This document shows, piece by piece, positions 1 through 8,422 of a stretch of 64,000 bases of DNA. Below the pieces are notes generated by a model, which was not told the DNA's origin, ran no database searches, and worked only from the letters and a program-made list of their open reading frames with translations. Each line of letters begins with the position of its first letter. Positions within the stretch are counted from its first letter, which is position 1. The stretch comes from a virus, in the IMG/VR virus record IMGVR_UViG_3300043470_000217, positions 1 through 64,000 of that record. One strand, 5' to 3'. The position numbers and the translations under genes are program-made.

Positions 1-101
1 TAGCTAATACAAACTACTACGTGAGAATTAAAACTAGTACTTCTGTATCTGTTGATTGTTGTACTTCTATTACATTAAACTTTAAAACATTAACTGCATG
101 A
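1..101 (+). CDS. 3' end of FN3-like structural protein (partial)
   Basis: Open frame from nt 3 reads ANTNYYVRIKTSTSVSVDCCTSITLNFKTLTA*, resembling an FN3 'T.Y.V.V' strand; its TGA overlaps the ATG of the next gene (ATGA at 98-101). Confidence 0.6.
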   Translation, partial: ANTNYYVRIKTSTSVSVDCCTSITLNFKTLTA

Positions 102-544
102 GCACTTTATTTATAACCTTTACACCTCCATTTCCAGTACCGGTACAATATAAAATCCGGTATAAGGAAAGTACTGCTATCAGTTTTACAGAGTTGATTG
201 TACCTACTACAGGACTATCACCTGAAGAATTTAGCATTACCGGTTTAACTAGCGGTGTTACATATGATGTAGAAGTACAATCTTACTGCGGTGATGGTGT
301 ATATGCAGCCGGTAATGAAGTACAGTCAGATGTTAATGATTGCCAAGAGTATACATTTACTAACTCTACAGGTAGTGCAAAAACATTAATCTACAGACTA
401 TGTAGTGATCCAACTAGTACAGTTACTATTAGTGTTCCTAATGGTGATACAGAAGGACCACTATGTTTAAGTAATGGCTTTGGTGGACCTTATACTAATA
501 CAGGTGGATTAACCGTAATTACAGGAACACTCTGTACCCCATAA
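98..544 (+). CDS. Fibronectin type III domain virion protein
   Basis: QYKIRYK...ITGLTSGVTYDVEVQSYC is an FN3 signature; Cys-containing beta-rich C-terminal domain. Confidence 0.7.
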   Translation: MSTLFITFTPPFPVPVQYKIRYKESTAISFTELIVPTTGLSPEEFSITGLTSGVTYDVEVQSYCGDGVYAAGNEVQSDVNDCQEYTFTNSTGSAKTLIYRLCSDPTSTVTISVPNGDTEGPLCLSNGFGGPYTNTGGLTVITGTLCTP

Positions 545-564
545 TAATTTAAAATAATAAAACG

Positions 565-867
565 ATGTTAACTAAAAGTTTTGAAGTTTGGACCAGATCC
601 CTCATTGAGAGATTATACAATGCAGTAAGACGTGGTAATGATATTACTCGCACAGCTACTTTAAGTGGTGCTCTTACACCATTAGTTTCTGAATCAGCAG
701 TATATGTAACTATCATTAATACTACTGGATCTAATGTAAATTTATCAGTAAATGGTGGTGCATCTATTATTATTCCAGATAAAGCTGGAATAACTGTAGA
801 TACAATTGATCCTGCAAGTATCTCTGTATCTGGTACAGGAACATTATCATACGTAGTAAGTAAGTAA
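565..867 (+). CDS. Small beta-rich putative structural protein
   Basis: A-rich leader, T/S/V-rich beta composition, TAATG coupling to the next gene. Confidence 0.6.
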   Translation: MLTKSFEVWTRSLIERLYNAVRRGNDITRTATLSGALTPLVSESAVYVTIINTTGSNVNLSVNGGASIIIPDKAGITVDTIDPASISVSGTGTLSYVVSK

Positions 868-1379
868 TGCGTTACTTTAAGTATTTTCAATTTGGTTCTG
901 CTGGTTCTGGTGGAGGAGTAACAAACTACTACGGTAGTTTTTATTCTAATATTACACAGAATACATTAGGAAGTACTGCGGAAGTAATGACATTTAATAA
1001 CACAGTTCTTTCTAGTGGTGTATCAGTTGTAACATCTGGTGGTAAAGCTTCTAGAATAACTGTAGCAAATTCCGGAATATATAATTTTCAATTCTCTGCA
1101 CAGGTTTGGAAAACGTCCGGGGGATCAAAACAAACATTATATATCTGGTTTAGAAAAAATGGTGTAGATATTCCTGATAGTAATACAGCAATTACATTAG
1201 CTAATAACAATGACCTTATTGTACCAGCTTGGAATTTTATGGAGTCAATGACTGCCGGTCAATACATGGAAATTGTATGGTATGCTACAGATCTTCATAT
1301 TGAATTACATCATAATGCAGCACCATTAGGATTACCAGGAATACCCTCTGTTATTTTAACAGTAGATAGAGTAGGATAA
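867..1379 (+). CDS. C1q/BclA-like trimeric fibre or decoration protein
   Basis: SGIYNFQFSAQ...YIWFRKNGVDIPDS...AGQYMEIVW pattern typical of phage TNF/C1q-like heads; Gly-rich N-terminal linker. Confidence 0.6.
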   Translation: MRYFKYFQFGSAGSGGGVTNYYGSFYSNITQNTLGSTAEVMTFNNTVLSSGVSVVTSGGKASRITVANSGIYNFQFSAQVWKTSGGSKQTLYIWFRKNGVDIPDSNTAITLANNNDLIVPAWNFMESMTAGQYMEIVWYATDLHIELHHNAAPLGLPGIPSVILTVDRVG

Positions 1380-1401
1380 TAAATAAAAATAAAAATAAAT
1401 C

Positions 1402-3021
1402 ATGGCTAGATACGCTAAATTTTTTTCTGTAGGTGCCGGAGGAGGAGGTACAAATAATTTACAGTTACCCGTAGGTACTATATTAGATACTACATTAAGA
1501 CAAGTACAGGATGGTACCGGTACAGGTTCTCCATTGTATTTGAGTACACGTAGAGTAGGTATTACCTCAGACTCTTCTGTAACTACACAGACCTCTTCTG
1601 TAATCCAAGCAACTACTACCAACGCTAATTTAGTAATTGCTCCTAATGGTACAGGTGGTTTAATTGCAAGTGTGCCTGATGGAACTGCAACGGGAGGAAA
1701 TGCTAGAGGGGCTTATAGTGTTGATTTGCAGACAAGTCGAAGTACCGCAGCAAATGTGGCAAGTGGCAACTTTTCAACAATAATTGGAGGGGGTGGATGT
1801 ACAGCAAGTGGACAATACTCTGTTGCTGGTGGATTAGGTTCTTCATCTTCTAATTACGGTGGAGTTACTTTTGGAAACTCTAATACAAATAATTCTTATG
1901 GGGGTGTAGTTTCTGGCGGTCAAAACAATACAGGTGGAAATGCAGATTATGTAACAATTTCTGGCGGACGTTTTAACAATACAACAGGTTCAACAAATGG
2001 TGTTATTGCTGGTGGAATATCTAATACAGCATCTTCAAATTTTAGCGTAGTATCAGGCGGTCAATCAAACGCAGCATCAACAGCAACTCACGCTACGGTT
2101 GTGGGTGGTCAGAGTAATACGAGTAGTGGCAATGGTAGTATAAGCGGTGGATTTACAAATACTGCAAGTGGTCAATATTCTGTTGCACTTGGTAATAATA
2201 ACATTGCAAGTGGTAATGGTTGTGTATCTTTAGGGTCTTCAAATACATCTCAATTTGGAACATCGGTATCTATAGGAAGTAGTAACGTAGGAAGCAACAA
2301 TAGAACTTATGCTTTTGGCACTAGTAACAATATCAGTGCAGGAGATAGTGTAGGTCTCGGTAATGCTAATACATTAAGCGGAGGTAATAATCTATATGCT
2401 TTTGGTAGTGGTAATGTAATGTCTGGCATTCAAAGTTATGCTATTGGATATCAAAATAGTGTAGGTACAAATAATGGTATGTCTTTAGGATTTTCTGGTA
2501 ATGTAAGTGCTCCTTATGCAACATCAATGGGGCTATGGTCTAGAGCTTATTTATATGGTCAAGTGAGTATGGCAAATGGTTTGTTAGGAGGTGCTCAAAA
2601 TGCTCAACAATCATTATTAACTGCATATAAATTAGACGCACTTGCTTCAAACGCAACAACAATTTTATCTTTAGATGGTACGGGTGTAACTAATTTAATT
2701 ATTCCTTTTGGTAGTAACAGACTATGGGCTGTTAAAGTAGTAGCTACAGCATTTGTCAGTGTTGCAGGTGGTACTTTAGTATTAGGAGATTCTTATATGG
2801 GAGAGTTTACTCTTCTATTTAAGCGAGTAGGAGGCACTAGTTCTGTAGTAGGAGTTAATGCTGGTAATATTATATATGATACAAACATGGCAACTGCTGC
2901 ATTTACATTTGCTGCGGGTGCATCACAAGACTTACAAATAACATTTAAAGCCCCAACTACAGCCAGTGCTACAACATTCCGTTGTGTAGCTAAAGTAGAA
3001 TTAGTGGAAGTGGCTTATTAA
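1402..3021 (+). CDS. Tail fibre/adhesin with YadA-head-like beta-roll repeats
   Basis: Tandem ~14-aa repeats (ASGxxSVAxG / GGxxNTAS); Gly/Ser/Asn-rich; paralogous to 3034-4557. Confidence 0.75.
   Translation: MARYAKFFSVGAGGGGTNNLQLPVGTILDTTLRQVQDGTGTGSPLYLSTRRVGITSDSSVTTQTSSVIQATTTNANLVIAPNGTGGLIASVPDGTATGGNARGAYSVDLQTSRSTAANVASGNFSTIIGGGGCTASGQYSVAGGLGSSSSNYGGVTFGNSNTNNSYGGVVSGGQNNTGGNADYVTISGGRFNNTTGSTNGVIAGGISNTASSNFSVVSGGQSNAASTATHATVVGGQSNTSSGNGSISGGFTNTASGQYSVALGNNNIASGNGCVSLGSSNTSQFGTSVSIGSSNVGSNNRTYAFGTSNNISAGDSVGLGNANTLSGGNNLYAFGSGNVMSGIQSYAIGYQNSVGTNNGMSLGFSGNVSAPYATSMGLWSRAYLYGQVSMANGLLGGAQNAQQSLLTAYKLDALASNATTILSLDGTGVTNLIIPFGSNRLWAVKVVATAFVSVAGGTLVLGDSYMGEFTLLFKRVGGTSSVVGVNAGNIIYDTNMATAAFTFAAGASQDLQITFKAPTTASATTFRCVAKVELVEVAY
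2053..2096 (+). repeat. 44-nt exact direct repeat, copy 1 (copy 2 at 3304-3347, diverged copy at ~3688-3731)
   Basis: tcaggcggtcaatcaaacgcagcatcaacagcaactcacgctac occurs identically in both fibre genes. Confidence 0.9.
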
Positions 3022-3033
3022 TAAACTAAAGAT

Positions 3034-4557
3034 ATGGGAAATAAATTTATACTAGGACAAGAAGACGGTACAGTAGCCGGTGGTAATGCTAGAGGGATTA
3101 ACTCTGTAGATTTACAAACAAGTAGATCGGCTGCCACACAAGTAGCAGGAGGGGCCCATTCTGTTATCGCTGGAGGTCAAAATAATACTGCCTCTTCAGA
3201 TTATAGTGCAATAGCAGGAGGTTCAGCAAACACCAATACTTCTTATGGTGGATTTATTGGTGGTGGATTTAGTAATGCGGCAAGTAATAATTTTCAAACC
3301 ATTTCAGGCGGTCAATCAAACGCAGCATCAACAGCAACTCACGCTACCGTAGTAGGTGGGCAGGGTAATACGAGTAGTGGGGCTCATTCCGTTAGTGGGG
3401 GGCAAGGTAATACGGCAAGTGGTCAAAATTCAATTGCTTTAGGTAGTTCAAATACCGTAGCAGCACAATATTCGGGTATTTTTTCGGGACAATTAAATCT
3501 TGTAGGAACTGTAAATGATGCTAAATTCTCTGTTGTTTCTGGTGGTCAAAGTAATACAATACAAAGACCTTACTCTGTAATTGGCGGGGGTTTAAGTAAT
3601 CAGGTACGAAACGTATCAGGCAATGGAGACTATAGTGTTATAGGTGGTGGAAGTGATAATATTACCAGTCAATTATATTCAACCATTTCAGGCGGACAAT
3701 CAAACGTAGCATCAACCAACACTCATGCAACTGTAGTAGGTGGTCAGAGTAATGTTAGTAGTGGGCAACATAGTGTAAGCGGTGGTTTTGGAAATACAGC
3801 AAGTGGACTTTATGCCGTTGCTTTAGGATACAATAACCAAGCAACCAGTACTGGTAACATATCTTTGGGATTTAGTAATACCGTAAGTGGTAATACATCC
3901 ATGGCAGGACCTAGAAACTGCGTGGCTTCGTCAGAAGGTACGGTTGCTTTAGGGTTCGCTGCACAGGCGACAGGGGGGCGTTCTTACGCTATAGGTTCTG
4001 CCAATACTGCAAGTGGTGGTTATTCTGTATCTATAGGTGCTAATAATAACTCATATAATACAGGTATGATTACTACTTATATGGGTGATGCTTTTACAAC
4101 GCAAGGAGATTGTCAGCGTAGTATGGTAACACAACGTTATGTAGGAGATTTTTCTACAGGAGGTACTGGTACTTTAAACATTACTGCAGGTAGTAGTACT
4201 TCAGCTTTAATTCCAAGTGGTAATGATCGTGCTTGGAACGTTCAAGTGAATTGGGTTGCTGTCGTTACATCAATAACAGGAACGGCTACAGGTATTTCAG
4301 TAGGTGATGTTATTACCAGTGTTGACTTATTGGCGTTTAAGAAAATTGCAGGTGTTAGTTCTGCATCTACCCACACGTCAGCAGGTACTAAAACAATGGT
4401 AACTACACCCGCTGCTTACGTAGGTTGTCAAATTACATACGCTGCAAGTACAGGTCAAAGATTAGAACTTACTTTTACAGCCCCCGTTTTTGCAGGTGGT
4501 GGTACTGTAAACATGAGAGTGGTTGCTACTTTAGAATTAACAGAAGTTGCTTTTTAA
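3034..4557 (+). CDS. Tail fibre/adhesin paralog with YadA-head-like repeats
   Basis: Same repeat type; shares GGNARGxxSVDLQTSR and a C-terminal VAxxELxEVA[YF] with 1402-3021. Confidence 0.75.
   Translation: MGNKFILGQEDGTVAGGNARGINSVDLQTSRSAATQVAGGAHSVIAGGQNNTASSDYSAIAGGSANTNTSYGGFIGGGFSNAASNNFQTISGGQSNAASTATHATVVGGQGNTSSGAHSVSGGQGNTASGQNSIALGSSNTVAAQYSGIFSGQLNLVGTVNDAKFSVVSGGQSNTIQRPYSVIGGGLSNQVRNVSGNGDYSVIGGGSDNITSQLYSTISGGQSNVASTNTHATVVGGQSNVSSGQHSVSGGFGNTASGLYAVALGYNNQATSTGNISLGFSNTVSGNTSMAGPRNCVASSEGTVALGFAAQATGGRSYAIGSANTASGGYSVSIGANNNSYNTGMITTYMGDAFTTQGDCQRSMVTQRYVGDFSTGGTGTLNITAGSSTSALIPSGNDRAWNVQVNWVAVVTSITGTATGISVGDVITSVDLLAFKKIAGVSSASTHTSAGTKTMVTTPAAYVGCQITYAASTGQRLELTFTAPVFAGGGTVNMRVVATLELTEVAF
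3304..3347 (+). repeat. 44-nt exact direct repeat, copy 2
   Basis: Identical to 2053-2096. Confidence 0.9.
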
Positions 4558-4590
4558 TTCACTAAATTTAAAAATATAAAATATAAAATT

Positions 4591-4902
4591 ATGGCACTAT
4601 CAATAAACACACAGATTACAACCGATGAAGGATTTGAGGTATCAAATACCTTTGGTTATTTAAACATTTTCATTCTTGCTCCTCAGTCTAACTGGGTGAA
4701 CTTGTCTTACTTTAAATCTGAAGAAGATTGGGTAGCTGGAAAGTCTCCCTTAAATGTATCTTCTTTACCTAATCAAGTACAGACAGAGTTAACTTCAGAA
4801 GAGTTCTGGGGTTCTTCTTTGGCTACTACTATTCATGAGAAGTGTAAAGCTAAGATTGAAGAGGTTACAGGAGAAAATACTGTAGAAATTTTATCTGCAT
4901 AA
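4591..4902 (+). CDS. Small acidic protein, putative tail fibre assembly chaperone
   Basis: ~100-aa acidic ORF directly after the fibre genes, with an A-rich leader; function inferred from position. Confidence 0.5.
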   Translation: MALSINTQITTDEGFEVSNTFGYLNIFILAPQSNWVNLSYFKSEEDWVAGKSPLNVSSLPNQVQTELTSEEFWGSSLATTIHEKCKAKIEEVTGENTVEILSA

Positions 4903-4925
4903 CTTGTTTTATTAAACCATCTACA

Positions 4926-4941
4926 GTATATTAATATTGTA
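4926..4941 (+). promoter_or_regulatory. Candidate phage late-promoter motif GTATATTAATATTGTA
   Basis: Matches similar 16-mers at 6289, 41857, 50080 and, more weakly, 20174. Confidence 0.45.
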
Positions 4942-4981
4942 TAAGTACAAAGAGGGTTTGTTGGTTTCTCCCTCTGATTAG

Positions 4982-5012
4982 ACCCCGGTGTAAAAAGCCG
5001 GGGTTTATTTTA
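4982..5012 (+). terminator. Rho-independent terminator
   Basis: ACCCCGG/CCGGGGT stem followed by a TTATTTT tract. Confidence 0.75.
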
Positions 5013-5019
5013 TAATAAC

Positions 5020-5048
5020 TTGTATATAAATAATTTTCATTACATTTG
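5020..5048 (+). promoter_or_regulatory. Bacteroidota sigma70-type promoter
   Basis: TTG-N18-TACATTTG fits the -33 (T)TTG / -7 TAnnTTTG consensus; 16 nt upstream of the ATG at 5065. Confidence 0.65.
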
Positions 5049-5064
5049 ATAAAACAATTACCAC

Positions 5065-6273
5065 ATGTATTCGCAAGAATTAAAAGATAAGGTAGCTAAA
5101 AGCAGAGGCTGGAAGCTATCTAACGTTGAGTGTGCTAGGAGGTTAGGTATTACTTTAGATGAATATTTAAGTATTAAAAAGTCTTTAGGTTTTAGATCTA
5201 AAAAATTAAAACACACTAAAGATCCTTACGAGCAAAAAGTTAATTCTGAATCATATGATCTAGATAATGGTACCGGTACTATAGAAAAGTTAGTATCAGT
5301 TAATCCTAAAACACCGGAAGAAATTATAGAAGTACTAGGTATAGATACTAATGAGTGGAAGTTATCTCAGTATTGGAATAAAGAAAAGAGTGATAAGTGG
5401 TTAGTATCAGCTTTAGTAACTAGAATAGTAAAGACTAAAGAAGATCATCTAAAAGATATACTAGATAACTTTAAACCGGATTATCAACCCGTTACAGTAA
5501 AGAAGCAAAAGAGACACAAGTACGTAAGCTGTGTATTATCTATGCAAGACATGCATATTGGTAAGGATGGTAATGATGATATTATAGAACAGTACTTTGC
5601 ATCATTAGAACAACTTATAGAAAGCGTAAGTAATAATTACTTCCTGGATGATCTAGTATATGTAATAGGTGGTGACATATTAAACATGGATACATTTAGT
5701 GGTACTACTACATCTGGTACTCCTGTAGAGAACTCTGATAAAGCCTACAAAGTATATGCTGAAGCTTTTGATGCCCTATACCGGGGCATTCGTTTTTTAA
5801 AGGAGAGGTGTGAGACATTACATATTATGTATATACCTGGTAACCATGATAGATTATCTTCATACCATCTAGTACATGCATTATCTAAAGCTATTCAAGA
5901 AGAGAGTATTGTCTGGCATGCTGATTATGCAGAAAGAAAAGTGCTTACATTTAATAATAACTTCTTTGCATTTGAACATGGTGATGTAAATACTAAGAAC
6001 TCTTTACTAGTTTATGCTACAGAGTTTTCTGAAGACTGGGGTAATACTAAGTTTAGAACTTTATATACCGGGCATTATCATAAGAAGAAAACTATAGAGT
6101 ACATTACTGAAGATGAGATCACCGGCTTCTCTATTAAAATCATACCTAGCTTATCTAAAACAGATTACTGGCACTACCATAATAAGTTTATAGGTAGCAA
6201 GAGAGCCGCTATTATTGAAGTTCATGACTATGACAATGGTAAGATTGGAGAGTTTGTTTATAACTGTATTTAA
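5065..6273 (+). CDS. Calcineurin-like metallophosphoesterase with N-terminal HTH-like region
   Basis: DMHIG, GGDILN, PGNHD, EHGD and GHYH motifs in canonical order. Confidence 0.85.
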   Translation: MYSQELKDKVAKSRGWKLSNVECARRLGITLDEYLSIKKSLGFRSKKLKHTKDPYEQKVNSESYDLDNGTGTIEKLVSVNPKTPEEIIEVLGIDTNEWKLSQYWNKEKSDKWLVSALVTRIVKTKEDHLKDILDNFKPDYQPVTVKKQKRHKYVSCVLSMQDMHIGKDGNDDIIEQYFASLEQLIESVSNNYFLDDLVYVIGGDILNMDTFSGTTTSGTPVENSDKAYKVYAEAFDALYRGIRFLKERCETLHIMYIPGNHDRLSSYHLVHALSKAIQEESIVWHADYAERKVLTFNNNFFAFEHGDVNTKNSLLVYATEFSEDWGNTKFRTLYTGHYHKKKTIEYITEDEITGFSIKIIPSLSKTDYWHYHNKFIGSKRAAIIEVHDYDNGKIGEFVYNCI

Positions 6274-6288
6274 TCTGGATTAAATTTT

Positions 6289-6304
6289 GTATCTTATTAA
6301 TGTA
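6289..6304 (+). promoter_or_regulatory. Candidate phage late-promoter motif GTATCTTATTAATGTA
   Basis: Intergenic, just upstream of the tail module. Confidence 0.45.
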
Positions 6305-6312
6305 GTCAAGGT

Positions 6313-6894
6313 ATGAGAGGATATAAAGCACCTGATTTACATGCTTCAAGGCTGAGAATAAAACCTAAAAGAATCTTAACAAAAGATTTTATAGCGGAGT
6401 TCAAAGAGAAGCATCCTGAGTTCTCTACATTAGATGACAAAACTATTAAAAAAATAGTGATGAAGTTTAATGAAAATATTTGGAAAGAGGTAATTGAGTA
6501 TAGAGATGGAGTTGAGTTACCAGAAAGTCTGGGATACCTGTTTATAGGTACCTGTACATTTAACCGGGACACTAATGTAAATTATGGTCTATCAGTTAAA
6601 TACGGTAAAGAAATAAAGAACAGGAATCTAGAATCAGATTCTAAGTTAGCCAAAATATTCTATACAAATTATCAGACCAAATACAAGTTTGCAAACCGTG
6701 AGTTATGGGGTTTTCAATCTGTTAGACAATTCAAGAGATCAGTAGCTAAAGAGTATCCTGTATCTTGGCAGAAATACATTGTTGTAGATTCATATAAAAA
6801 AGTATCTGAGATGTTTTCAAAAGCCATGAGAAAAGAGGGTGGTAAAAAACAAGATGCAGAAACACTTAAGTTATATGATGAATTTGAATTTTAA
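6313..6894 (+). CDS. IHF/HU-like protein of the crAss-like tail module
   Basis: Basic protein with a GVELPESLGYLFI HU-like arm; precedes the ring and muzzle genes as in crAss-like phages. Confidence 0.6.
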   Translation: MRGYKAPDLHASRLRIKPKRILTKDFIAEFKEKHPEFSTLDDKTIKKIVMKFNENIWKEVIEYRDGVELPESLGYLFIGTCTFNRDTNVNYGLSVKYGKEIKNRNLESDSKLAKIFYTNYQTKYKFANRELWGFQSVRQFKRSVAKEYPVSWQKYIVVDSYKKVSEMFSKAMRKEGGKKQDAETLKLYDEFEF

Positions 6895-6899
6895 TAAAA

Positions 6900-7559
6900 A
6901 TGGTAACTATTGGCACCGTAATATCACGGGTAAAGAATCAGGTAAAAGGAGTAAGGCAAGATGCTTTCCTAACTGATAGGTATGTTTACAGTGTAGTTGT
7001 AAAGTACTCGCAACTTCTGATGAGGAGACAAGACTCACAGAATAAATTAATGAAGTTTAATTCTATTTGGAGAACTCTAGATTGTTTAGAGTTAATTGAA
7101 GTAGATAAGATAGAAGCATGTTGTGCAGGAATTAAATCCGGATGCACAATACGTAGAACTAAAGAGAAACTTCCTGTAATGCTAGAAGGATACTGGGGTC
7201 CCCTTATCCGTACAGTTAGTTCTATTGATGCATCAGAGGAGTTATATGCAACTACCCCTGGTCAGTTTACATCTATGACTAAGACAACTGGCTTTAAGTA
7301 TAACAAGTTTAAATACTTCTGGTATCTTAATGGATACTTGTACATGCCTAACTTAGATTGGGATGCTATTAAAGTAGAGGCTATTTTTACAGAGGATGCA
7401 ACTAATGATGCTAATGCTTGTACCAAAAAACAAGATTTGGGTATTAATGTACCTGAGTTCTTATTAGCAGAAATTGAATCAATGGTTATTAAAGATCTTG
7501 GTGGCAGATTATCTATTCCTACAGATCTCAGTGATGATAATATTAATCCTAATAGATAA
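6900..7559 (+). CDS. Tail ring/tubular protein
   Basis: Size, YFWYLNGYLY motif and position in the crAss-like tail module. Confidence 0.6.
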   Translation: MVTIGTVISRVKNQVKGVRQDAFLTDRYVYSVVVKYSQLLMRRQDSQNKLMKFNSIWRTLDCLELIEVDKIEACCAGIKSGCTIRRTKEKLPVMLEGYWGPLIRTVSSIDASEELYATTPGQFTSMTKTTGFKYNKFKYFWYLNGYLYMPNLDWDAIKVEAIFTEDATNDANACTKKQDLGINVPEFLLAEIESMVIKDLGGRLSIPTDLSDDNINPNR

Positions 7560-8422
7560 TGCTTACTGAATTAAAATATCGGACGTTTAATCAATTACTT
7601 GAAGATGTAAGTGTTGATTTTTCTATGTATGCTCTAGAGAACATGATAGAACCACAGCAACTTATTAAAGTTGTACAGCGGGTTAATTATGATCTAGGAC
7701 TTAGGGTTAATATGACTAAGGAAGTTGTATTAGATATAGTTAATAGGAAAGTAAGATTACCGGATGATTTCTATGTATTGAACTATGCAATGTTGTGTGG
7801 TTCTTATACAGTTACTCAGCCGGCTATGTCTGGTACACACAGAGAAGATGTAGTAGTACCATTTGTTCCAGGACCATTAGATCCCTGTACTCCAGAAAAT
7901 ACATGCTTAACTCAGTGTGGTGATTTACTACAAGTAATTCAGAAAACACAGTTTGAGACTAGGACATATGAGATCAGCACTGTTATCTCTTTAGATAATA
8001 ACTCTAAAACTATTTCATGTGATTGTCCTAATCTTACCTGGCAGTCTCCATACAAAGGTCAACTTAAGAACGGGTATATTTATCTAAACCTAGACAGCGG
8101 TAAACTGTATGTGAACTACCAAGGTACTATGGAAGATGAAGAGGGTAACTTGATGGTATTAGATAATCCATATGTAAATGAATACTATGAGTATGCTATT
8201 AAACAAAGACTACTTGAGAATCTTTACATGAATGGTGAAGATGTAGTACAGAAATTAAATCTTATAGAGCAGAGATTAAGAGCTGCCCGTAATAATGCAT
8301 TGTCTTTAGTTAACACTCCAAACTTTGCAGAGATGTATAAGATGTGGGAGATGAACCGTAAAGCACAATATAATAAGTATTACGATATGTTCAAGAGTTA
8401 CAACTTTAATAGCTGGAGATAA
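7559..8422 (+). CDS. Tail ring/tubular protein
   Basis: KVRLPDDF and NGYIYLN...YQG...DEEG..MVLD patterns; translationally coupled in the tail module. Confidence 0.6.
   Translation: MLTELKYRTFNQLLEDVSVDFSMYALENMIEPQQLIKVVQRVNYDLGLRVNMTKEVVLDIVNRKVRLPDDFYVLNYAMLCGSYTVTQPAMSGTHREDVVVPFVPGPLDPCTPENTCLTQCGDLLQVIQKTQFETRTYEISTVISLDNNSKTISCDCPNLTWQSPYKGQLKNGYIYLNLDSGKLYVNYQGTMEDEEGNLMVLDNPYVNEYYEYAIKQRLLENLYMNGEDVVQKLNLIEQRLRAARNNALSLVNTPNFAEMYKMWEMNRKAQYNKYYDMFKSYNFNSWR

Noticed and set aside
1402-4557. Fibre repeats as a DGR template/variable repeat pair
   Set aside because: Differences between copies are not adenine-specific, all copies are inside coding regions, and no reverse transcriptase is in the window
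4951-4975. Resemblance of AGAGG...CCCTCT to a preQ1-I riboswitch
   Set aside because: Lacks the conserved loop and the A-rich 3' tail, and no queuosine gene is nearby
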